Below are positions 39,433-46,956 of a stretch of DNA of 64,000 nucleotides, in pieces. Where the stretch lies: contig OZ242372.1 of assembly GCA_965209035.1 (NCBI GenBank), positions 32,001 through 96,000 of the forward strand, in the 5' to 3' direction. The stretch comes from Gammaproteobacteria bacterium (lineage in GTDB: Bacteria > Pseudomonadota > Gammaproteobacteria > CBDBNL01 > JAAOII01). Position numbers and translations under genes: made by a program. Below the pieces are notes generated by a model, which was not told the origin of the DNA, ran no database searches, and worked only from the letters and a program-made list of their open reading frames with translations. The first letter of the stretch is position 1. Every line of letters starts with the position of its first letter.

Positions 39433-40362
39433 ATGAAAAAAATAATGTTATCTTTATTATCAGTGTTAACAGTATTATCATTACCACTATTACTATTAGT
39501 GTCTTGGCTGAATGTATTTCCTCTCTTAAGAATGATAAGTTTATTCTTCATAGCCACACTATTATTCGACAGCGATGAATTTTTTATAGTAGGACTAATA
39601 GCAATTTGGAGTTTCGTTCCTGCGTTCTGGTCTGTTACAAAAGGATATACTCTTTCCAGTGGTTGGTCTGTTGCATTTTTAATTACTTGTTTTTTTACCT
39701 TTATTGCCTTGAGTGTACATGACCCTTTTAGAAGTATTGCTTTATTTGTTGGTTTTCTTACTCCAATGATTATCAATTGGGTCTATCCAAATTATAATTC
39801 TGACCCTGTTAATAATTTTTTCTTGACAGATGAATCAAAGGAAAATATTTCTGCGGAAGTAAATGCAGGCATTATGATTAATATGCGACGCGGTGCTTAT
39901 CTTGGTCTCTGGGCTGGGTTAATGATTGGCTGGGGAATTCCTCTCTTTATATTTCTGTTGATTTCATGGTATTCACTTGATGAATTCGCTTATTATTACT
40001 ATGAGTATGAGGCTGTCGGTGCCTCTCTTATCCTTGCTCCCTTTGGCTTCGTGCTCTTTGGAGGTTTGCTCGGTGGTCTATTTCGCCCCCCTTTGGCTTG
40101 GTATGTGACTTGGATGACCGGGAGAATGCTGGGGGCACTTTTTATGTTTCTTATATTCTATAAGTTCCCTTCTTTGAAGCAAAGAGTGGCACTGGTTGGT
40201 GCGATTTCTGGTGTGATCTCTGGTGGGGTGCTGGCAGGGATTATCTCGCTGACAGAACAAGATGGTATCGGATATGTTTTTATCGTTATAATTTTCTGCT
40301 CGCTTCTAGGGTTTGCATTCGGGAAACTTACCGAATACATCGCTAAGCGTCGTGGTTGGTAG
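39433..40362 (+). CDS. Polytopic membrane protein of unknown function
   Basis: 309 aa, mostly hydrophobic with Gly-rich helices; closely spaced after the previous gene. Confidence 0.65.
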   Translation: MKKIMLSLLSVLTVLSLPLLLLVSWLNVFPLLRMISLFFIATLLFDSDEFFIVGLIAIWSFVPAFWSVTKGYTLSSGWSVAFLITCFFTFIALSVHDPFRSIALFVGFLTPMIINWVYPNYNSDPVNNFFLTDESKENISAEVNAGIMINMRRGAYLGLWAGLMIGWGIPLFIFLLISWYSLDEFAYYYYEYEAVGASLILAPFGFVLFGGLLGGLFRPPLAWYVTWMTGRMLGALFMFLIFYKFPSLKQRVALVGAISGVISGGVLAGIISLTEQDGIGYVFIVIIFCSLLGFAFGKLTEYIAKRRGW

Positions 40363-40470
40363 ATACAGTGACTCTTTCTATATCTTGCAATATAATAATC
40401 TTTTTACAAAGGTCACTAAATTAGGGGATAACTTAGCAGCTAAACTCAAAGAATCTCCCCATAGCATCTG

Positions 40471-40866
40471 TTAATCCACTCTTGTTGCATTTGCAACAAG
40501 AAAGTCCCGGCACCGGACAAACCGCCCTCTGCGTATCCAATAATGGCATTGATATTTGCAGAAAGATTGCATACCCCGTATGGAAGGGTCTAAACTGATA
40601 GTTCCCTTTTTCCACCACCTATGGATCCTTAATCGCCAACGAGGATCCAAACTTGCGTGCACATCCACATAAATGATCTGCCGGCAATCGGCATACGGAC
40701 ATTTGTAGGCAACTTGAAAGGGTTCTCCCCGCTTACCGAGGAGATACATTTTATTTTGCTCCAACTTGGACGGCAAATCCGTCACCTCAACTGCTTCGTA
40801 ATAATGCCATCTTTGTTGTAAACGCTTTTTAAGTAATCCAAAAGATGCAATGATTTTACTAAGCAT
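40471..40866 (-). CDS. DUF6527-family protein (Cys/His, probably zinc-binding)
   Basis: YKCPYADC...PRW.L...GTISLDPSI.....C...CHYWIRRG..VRC; overlaps the E1 stop by 8 nt. Confidence 0.75.
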   Translation of the reverse strand: MLSKIIASFGLLKKRLQQRWHYYEAVEVTDLPSKLEQNKMYLLGKRGEPFQVAYKCPYADCRQIIYVDVHASLDPRWRLRIHRWWKKGTISLDPSIRGMQSFCKYQCHYWIRRGRFVRCRDFLVANATRVD

Positions 40867-42367
40867 AATTTAGCAGTTCGCTCTTGTCGCCCATCGCCCG
40901 ATATTTATCAAAGATCTCTTTTTTAGGAGAACAATTGGCGTGAGCATAGTAGCCGTTGGATAAACTGAATCTCTGAGATTCAAAATCTCTGTTGTCATCG
41001 AATCGAAACCTATGCAAGCGGGCTAAAAAATCATTGACCGCCATGCATGCTGCCTGCATATTCACCGAGATAACTGCCGGTTGATCCTCGTTCACAGCGG
41101 CTAAGTACCCGACCTTTCTTTGTTCCGCATAGTGTTTTCGATCGGTATGATAATAATCTTCGGCAGCCAGTTGTTCCGAAGTATAAACGCCGCGTGTTAG
41201 TAGCCCGGGACCTAAAGGGCTGACATAGTGGGCCGCCATGTCTATTCCCAGGATCTCTCCTTTTTTGTCACCTTCGCTGCTATCTCTAACATCCCCAATA
41301 TCACCACCGTCTCCAACCGCCCCGGCTTCCCCAACTTCCCCGACTTCTATGTGAACTCCGACATCAAAAAGTGGAATTGCATATGCCGAGGCAATCACAT
41401 CCAAGTGATATCGCCCTCTTACCGAATCCACACAACCGAACAGGACATCACAGGTTTTCAAACTGTCTTTTACCGCGGGTGATGTTGTTGTATCATTCAA
41501 TAATTCAACTTGGGTGCCCATACCCATTTCTTTAATTGCCCTGCCGATGACTTGCACTTTGGAGCGAGAGGCGGCGGCGTCTTTTTTGCCGCTGTTTAAT
41601 ATGCGGTTTAGATTTTTATCTTCTATCACATCATCATCTGCCAACACCAACTTGCCGATACAGTTTCTTGCCAAGAGTTCAATCACAATACTGCCGGTGC
41701 CGGAGCAGCCGACCACTCCTATTTTTAGTTGGCGTAAAACATCCAAGGTCCCTTTACCAAAAGTTTGTAAAATTCTCTTGGTAAATGCCGGCTCCTTGTT
41801 CCTGCCCTTGCTCCACTCTTTGTTACCTCTTTTCCAGAAAAACAGATCCTCGCCGCAGGCGGATACGGATTGAATGGGCACAAACCGCCGAGAATGAGTG
41901 ACAATACGCGCGATGATTTCACCTGTCGGCAGCATGATGGCGGAGCCTAACGGGCGTTTATCATCAAACCAGTGATTGGCGGACGCAAAGAACAATTTAT
42001 CGTTGGTATCATCCGTTGTTGAAAAATGCCGGAACCCGGACGGATGGCTGTGTATCGTCAAAAAAGAAAGACCTTGCTTGTCCATATCGGTTATTAGTTC
42101 GGGGGTGATTACATTCTTGGTTGCCCATTCAAGATAGGTGGCGTCGCGCTGAGTGGATTGAGCATACGGAACCAAGATGAGCGAATGTGTAACCAAGCGA
42201 CAGCAATCTTTGGCATCACCTCTGTGGCAGAGTAATATGGCGGCGGCTTCCGCCCCGTCTGCCGGTAGTAAATGCTTTTTTAAGTCCGTATGCTGTTTTT
42301 CATTTAGAACTAACTGATAAGTTTTAGTTGCTTTTGACATGTCTTCAAGATTGACCTTCTCGGTCAA
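40859..42367 (-). CDS. JAB/JAMM peptidase fused to a ThiF/E1-like adenylating enzyme
   Basis: N-terminal E...HSH-x7-S-x2-D (GAEAA...HSHPSGFRHFSTTD); ThiF GVVGCSGTGS, DDDVIEDKNLNR, GCVD, PAVISVN. Alternative start ATG 42340. Confidence 0.88.
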   Translation of the reverse strand: MTEKVNLEDMSKATKTYQLVLNEKQHTDLKKHLLPADGAEAAAILLCHRGDAKDCCRLVTHSLILVPYAQSTQRDATYLEWATKNVITPELITDMDKQGLSFLTIHSHPSGFRHFSTTDDTNDKLFFASANHWFDDKRPLGSAIMLPTGEIIARIVTHSRRFVPIQSVSACGEDLFFWKRGNKEWSKGRNKEPAFTKRILQTFGKGTLDVLRQLKIGVVGCSGTGSIVIELLARNCIGKLVLADDDVIEDKNLNRILNSGKKDAAASRSKVQVIGRAIKEMGMGTQVELLNDTTTSPAVKDSLKTCDVLFGCVDSVRGRYHLDVIASAYAIPLFDVGVHIEVGEVGEAGAVGDGGDIGDVRDSSEGDKKGEILGIDMAAHYVSPLGPGLLTRGVYTSEQLAAEDYYHTDRKHYAEQRKVGYLAAVNEDQPAVISVNMQAACMAVNDFLARLHRFRFDDNRDFESQRFSLSNGYYAHANCSPKKEIFDKYRAMGDKSELLNYA

Positions 42368-42755
42368 GAACTTCCTTCATATTGTTAATATGAGTTCCGA
42401 TATTATCAACGCCTGCTTGCCATGGATAATGCCGAGACCATCGCTGCCACTTTTTATTTAAATGTGTTTCTGATACTAAAGCGTTTATAGGCCGATTATT
42501 TGTTTTCCGGATGCCCGGGTAAAGATAAAACATATCCAAACGTGCTGTAGGATAGTTAGGCGGAATAATAAACATAAATTCCCTCGTGTTGTGTTGATCC
42601 GACAACTCCACGGGAAATGATAACCACTGATATCCATCAGGAATATCAAAATTCCGAATGATCAGATACGAATTACTTCCTTCGGAAACTAATTCCCAAG
42701 CATCCGGATAGTGGATATTAAGCCATTCCAGGTCTTCGGATGTTAACGGACTCAA
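42345..42755 (-). CDS. Prokaryotic E2/UBC-fold protein (E2 family E type), no cysteine
   Basis: LII..F.IP.GY, IP..YP...LDMFY.YP, WQRWSRH. Confidence 0.82.
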   Translation of the reverse strand: MSPLTSEDLEWLNIHYPDAWELVSEGSNSYLIIRNFDIPDGYQWLSFPVELSDQHNTREFMFIIPPNYPTARLDMFYLYPGIRKTNNRPINALVSETHLNKKWQRWSRHYPWQAGVDNIGTHINNMKEVLDREGQS

Positions 42756-42765
42756 ACTTAATTTC

Positions 42766-43071
42766 TTATCCCTGTTGTATCTGCGTTCGTATTGTTTCGA
42801 ATCTTTCCGGACAAGGATACTTAACCAGATCTACTCTATCTTCCGGGTTGATTCTATTGCGAGTTCCATCACTCAACTTTTCTTGTAAATAATACTCGTT
42901 AACTGGTCTGCGTGCTAAGGTCAGTATTTCCTTCCCTGTTATAGTAGGTTTTTCAACTTGATAGTATTTGCCATCTACTTTGATAATGTAAGCACGTCCA
43001 AAATACGGCTTCTTGCCTTCTTTCGCACATTCTTCGAGATTAATAATATCGTTTTTTTCTTGTTCTGTCAT
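42766..43071 (-). CDS. Multiubiquitin-family ubiquitin-like protein ending in Gly
   Basis: Y.IKVDG......PTITGKEIL.LA......Y.L..........I...D.VDL.....ERF; C-terminus TQIQQG. Confidence 0.85.
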   Translation of the reverse strand: MTEQEKNDIINLEECAKEGKKPYFGRAYIIKVDGKYYQVEKPTITGKEILTLARRPVNEYYLQEKLSDGTRNRINPEDRVDLVKYPCPERFETIRTQIQQG

Positions 43072-43073
43072 AA

Positions 43074-44450
43074 TTAATTAATGTCGTTCTTTAATGGTTT
43101 AAAAATCTTAGGATTATTCTTTCGCAGTTCTTTTACGTGATCAGCATCTAACCCTATAACATTATACAAACATTTTGCCTTTGCTAACTGTGCCAGTGTC
43201 AAATTCTGACACCCGGTAAAATCAGAGCCGGTAAAATCAGAATCACTTAAATCTGCCCCCTTAAAATTTGCATCTCTAATATTTAAAAAAGTGATGCGTA
43301 CTCCTTTCAATTTCGCTTTTACAAATCCTGCACCGGATAAATTTCCTCCGGAACTAATATTAATACCACTTAAATCTGCTTTGAAAAAATTTATGCCTGA
43401 CAGATCTGAAGGTAACTTGACTTTTTCCAAGTATACCTCAGACATATCAATTCCAAGAAGGGTTGCTGTGATAGTAACTTCTTTATTTTCGTCCCGTACT
43501 TTCTTGTTTTCTCTATACATTTGCATTATTGATTTAGGATCTATAGACGGCTTAAAAAAGAGATCAATAATCAATTGTTTTATTTCAATAGCATCATCTT
43601 TTGAAAATATTGGTATAGACTTAGACATAGATATCTTGTCATATCCAGCCCTTTCCATTGTTATCGATGAATTTTCAATAGTAATTTTTTTATTTTTATC
43701 CTCTGCTTTCTTATTTATTGATTTAAGGTCTATAGATGGCTTAAAAGAGAGGTTAATATCCCATGGTTTTATTTCAAAAATATCTTTTTTCGTTATCGGT
43801 GCATTTTCAAATGAATTTAATATCTTAATCACTAAACTCATAATAATTGAAGTGTAATCTTGTGGTTCGCGTATATGATTTTTAGTGTCTTCTCTATACT
43901 TGTCGTTCGTTTTATAGGCAAGATCACGCAACATGAATAATCCCGCCTGTTGGTCAATATTCTTTTCAGAAGATAATTTATCTATTGCCTTATCAAATAT
44001 ATCAGATTTGATAGTCGCCAACTGCGTTTGTGCCGTATGTCCTTGTGCTATAGTCCTTCTATTGAGAATTGTCAATCCCCAAACAACTACTACCCCGGAT
44101 AGCATATAACCCAAAGCCATTAGGCTATGCCACTTTTTACCTTTATTCTCTTTACCCTCATTCTCTGCTGCTCCCAGCATCATATCTATCCAGTCATTGG
44201 GGCTACTATCGCACCAAAGAACATCAGACAATGCACGCCAGAGGATTAAAAAAATGATAAAGAGTGCAAAAGAAAGCAACAACCGCAAAAACATATTTCG
44301 CAAAAACACACTTAATGTGTGCCACCACTCTTTAAATGTATGCCACCCTTTTTTTAATCTGTGCCACCACTCTTTAAATGTGTGCCACCCTTTTTTTAAT
44401 CTGTGCCACCACTCTTTAAATGTGTGCCACCCTTTTTTAATAGCCCTCAC
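43074..44450 (-). CDS. Membrane-anchored pentapeptide-repeat protein
   Basis: Two TM helices; F.KAI..L.S.......AG...L..LA helical domain; C-terminal A(D/N)LSG-type repeats ending GCQNLTLAQL. Confidence 0.8.
   Translation of the reverse strand: MRAIKKGWHTFKEWWHRLKKGWHTFKEWWHRLKKGWHTFKEWWHTLSVFLRNMFLRLLLSFALFIIFLILWRALSDVLWCDSSPNDWIDMMLGAAENEGKENKGKKWHSLMALGYMLSGVVVVWGLTILNRRTIAQGHTAQTQLATIKSDIFDKAIDKLSSEKNIDQQAGLFMLRDLAYKTNDKYREDTKNHIREPQDYTSIIMSLVIKILNSFENAPITKKDIFEIKPWDINLSFKPSIDLKSINKKAEDKNKKITIENSSITMERAGYDKISMSKSIPIFSKDDAIEIKQLIIDLFFKPSIDPKSIMQMYRENKKVRDENKEVTITATLLGIDMSEVYLEKVKLPSDLSGINFFKADLSGINISSGGNLSGAGFVKAKLKGVRITFLNIRDANFKGADLSDSDFTGSDFTGCQNLTLAQLAKAKCLYNVIGLDADHVKELRKNNPKIFKPLKNDIN
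44318..44441 (-). repeat. About three 42-bp tandem repeats encoding KKGWHTFKEWWH(R/T)L
   Basis: Visible in both the DNA and the translation at the 5' end of the pentapeptide-repeat gene. Confidence 0.9.
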
Positions 44451-44534
44451 TGCATAAATCCTCCATACAAAATATTATAAGAAGTTAAATTATCTCATCC
44501 GATCCCCTACTCTCCGCAACTGCCTATTCATTAA

Positions 44535-45713
44535 TCACCCGTCCTCCAACAATTCTTCCGGCAGATCCCCCCGCATAAACCCCTCATAAGCATCCAGATC
44601 CGCAAAGTCAATCGCAAACAGGCCGTCCTCTAACTTGGTAATGCGGACGCTGTCGGTATTGGCTTTCAGTAGTTTGTCATAGGTCATCAGTTCCCGGTCT
44701 TTGAGATTAAATATGCCACGCAATAGCCACTTGGCGAGTGCATCGTTGGGGTTGGTCATCAGGGCTTTGCTGTTGTCTTGGCACATCTTGGCGTCGTAGA
44801 TCTCCCCTGTCGGCACCTTCAATCGAAAAGTGGTATCTCGGGGCGGGAAAAAGTCGCCGTATCTTTTGTGGATATCCCACGGCACCGGGATATAAACTTC
44901 GCCGGACTTTCGTTCTCGCCCGCGCGCATTCCATTGATTTAATCCGCTGTGTTGGGGGACATATTTTTCACCCCCTTTGATGACGGAGCGGGTGGAATAC
45001 AACGGCAAAATAACAAACGGCTCTTGCCGATAGGTTTTTTGGGGCTGAAGTTGGGCAAAACGCAACAACATTTCATAAGGGTCCTCAAGAATTTGTATAT
45101 CTATTTTGACAGCATCTGCGGGGATGTGAAAGGTCTTGAATAAAGTGCTTTTTGAAGGGTTGTAGTTATAGCGGTGCTTGCCGTCTTCAAACGAAACCCG
45201 TTTTGTATCTCTCGAAGTGGAATTTGAAGTGGGATTGTTTAATGTCAAAGAAGCGGTGTCTATCGGCTCGTATGTTTCGGAAAAAAGTAACAGATGCTTT
45301 TCCCGTCTTGCCACACAATGATAAAATCCTTGCCGGACGCCGTAAGTCCTGTTCGCCCATTCTATGCGGGCATTGCGATAGTCCGCCAGTGCCTTCACCA
45401 GCGTCATCCCTTGCATATCTCGCAAAGTGGTGCTGAGTTTGTTAAACTCGGCAACCTTTTCCGTTTTGTGCTCGCCCGGTGCCACAAAGGTTTTAATCCC
45501 TATGCCGGTGTTTCCCTTGATGGCGTCATATGCGCCGTCTTCTCTTGCCATGTTTTTTGCCGCAAAGGATTTGCAGGATACATTTTCCACCAATCGGTAA
45601 TAGAGCAGCGGGACCTTTGAGTCGCTGAACAACCGGGATAATGCGGATGACGCTCTCAGGTAATCGGCGTAAAGGCGAAATTCGTTGTTGTTATGATTTA
45701 AGAATTCTCGCAT
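44535..45713 (-). CDS. Type II restriction endonuclease (group usually annotated NgoFVII-family; PD-(D/E)xK-like N-domain, B3-like C-domain)
   Basis: LSRLFSDS.VP.LYYR..EN, YDA....GIGIKTF, KVAEFN; C-terminal SGLNQWNA.GR.R..GEVYIP, CQDNSKALMTNPN; overlaps the MTase stop. Confidence 0.72.
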   Translation of the reverse strand: MREFLNHNNNEFRLYADYLRASSALSRLFSDSKVPLLYYRLVENVSCKSFAAKNMAREDGAYDAIKGNTGIGIKTFVAPGEHKTEKVAEFNKLSTTLRDMQGMTLVKALADYRNARIEWANRTYGVRQGFYHCVARREKHLLLFSETYEPIDTASLTLNNPTSNSTSRDTKRVSFEDGKHRYNYNPSKSTLFKTFHIPADAVKIDIQILEDPYEMLLRFAQLQPQKTYRQEPFVILPLYSTRSVIKGGEKYVPQHSGLNQWNARGRERKSGEVYIPVPWDIHKRYGDFFPPRDTTFRLKVPTGEIYDAKMCQDNSKALMTNPNDALAKWLLRGIFNLKDRELMTYDKLLKANTDSVRITKLEDGLFAIDFADLDAYEGFMRGDLPEELLEDG

Positions 45714-46546
45714 ATACCCAGTTCCGCGGTTAATTCTTGTTTGATATGATTTATGCGCTCTTCACTTTGTTGGCAAAACTTTTTATTGAGTTCAAAACCT
45801 ATGTATCGTCTGCCGGTTTCCACGGCTGCAGCGGCGGTGGTTCCGCTGCCCATGAAGGGATCCAGGACAATATCGTTTTCCTTTGAGGTGGTTAGAACAA
45901 ACGGCCGAATCAATGACAAAGGATAAGATGCCTGATGGTCGCGGAAAGGTTCTATGCCGTTTTTGATGACATCCCGATGGTGTTGGTACTTCCGGGCGGT
46001 GTCCAAATCAAAATAGTATTTGGGGGACTTGACAAAATGAAAGAAGTGTTCGTACACGGGATAGCGTCTGTCCTTGGAATAGCTCGGAATCGGGTTTGGT
46101 TTTTCCCAGATGATCTTGTTGCGCAAGAGCCAGCCCTGCTCCTGCATCCCCATTGCCACCCTTTCCGGTAGCATCAAGAGTTGTTTGTGTTGCAGGTAAC
46201 GGCCGTCCGGTCGCACAATCTTATGCTCTTTATAGTGTTGGTCGGTTTTTCTGGCATATCGCCCTTTGTTGCGAACGAACCCTTTGGAGCCGAAGTAGAT
46301 GTCGCCGATATTCAAATAAAAGGACCCTTGCGGATGCAGGACACGCCGCAACTCGTCCATAAATTGAAGGAGATGTTTGACATAAGCCAGGGGATGTTCT
46401 TCCCGCCCGAGTGTTTCGTCCCCGTATACGCGACAACCGAAGTATGGCGGGCTGGTGATAATCAGGTTCACGAAGTCCTCCGGTAATTGAGAGGTCAATT
46501 CCAAAGAATCACCGCATATGATTTTATTGATCCATTTTTCAGTCAT
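45698..46546 (-). CDS. Beta-class DNA methyltransferase (SPPY, probably N4-cytosine)
   Basis: IICGDSL, ITSPPYF, IIWEKPNP.P, HQASYP, VLDPFMGSGTT, GFELN. ATG 46546 chosen as start. Confidence 0.9.
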   Translation of the reverse strand: MTEKWINKIICGDSLELTSQLPEDFVNLIITSPPYFGCRVYGDETLGREEHPLAYVKHLLQFMDELRRVLHPQGSFYLNIGDIYFGSKGFVRNKGRYARKTDQHYKEHKIVRPDGRYLQHKQLLMLPERVAMGMQEQGWLLRNKIIWEKPNPIPSYSKDRRYPVYEHFFHFVKSPKYYFDLDTARKYQHHRDVIKNGIEPFRDHQASYPLSLIRPFVLTTSKENDIVLDPFMGSGTTAAAAVETGRRYIGFELNKKFCQQSEERINHIKQELTAELGICENS

Positions 46547-46690
46547 AGTCTGCCCCGCCTTGCAAATGTTTTGTATCAATAAAAGAAATCGTTCAAATAA
46601 TATGTTTTTTAATATTTTATGATAGTTGGTGGCGGTAGAAACAGAAATGAGTAGGAAGTGACCGTCTGTGCCGGACTTTCCAATAGCATC

Positions 46691-46775
46691 CTAAGAACTG
46701 TATTTGCTCTCCCGGACAAAAGGACCATAACGCCGGATAACCTTGGCGATGAAATCTTTCATCCGTTCTGTCTGT
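46691..46775 (-). repeat. 85-bp duplicate of the xylulokinase 3' end (53319-53403)
   Basis: Encodes QTERMKDFIAKVIRRYGPFVR versus QTEQMKGFIAEVIRRYGPFVR; 5 mismatches in the 63-bp core; stop codon at the same offset. Confidence 0.9.
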
Positions 46776-46956
46776 GATTTGCCAGATCTATCCTCAAGTG
46801 TTCGGCACGCATCGGGTAAAAATGCTCTGGCGTTTTTGGTGTTTTCTATAACATCGTGGCAAGCATTACAAGACAAAACTTTGCCGTTTGGTTCTTTTTG
46901 TCAGACTGCTTGGCAAGGTCGGACCGGAATATCCTTGGTTTCGTTGAAAATTACTT

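Noticed and set aside
40471-43071. CBASS/Pycsar ancillary genes or a ThiS/MoaD sulfur-carrier pathway
   Set aside because: No cyclase or CD-NTase and no thiamine or molybdopterin genes nearby; the Ubl is multiubiquitin-type and an E2 is present.
44318-44441. 42-bp repeats as a CRISPR array or iterons
   Set aside because: Contiguous, coding and in frame; no spacers and no rep gene.
46691-46876. 61-aa ORF as a real gene
   Set aside because: Only its last 28 codons are meaningful, being the duplicated kinase tail; no evident RBS.
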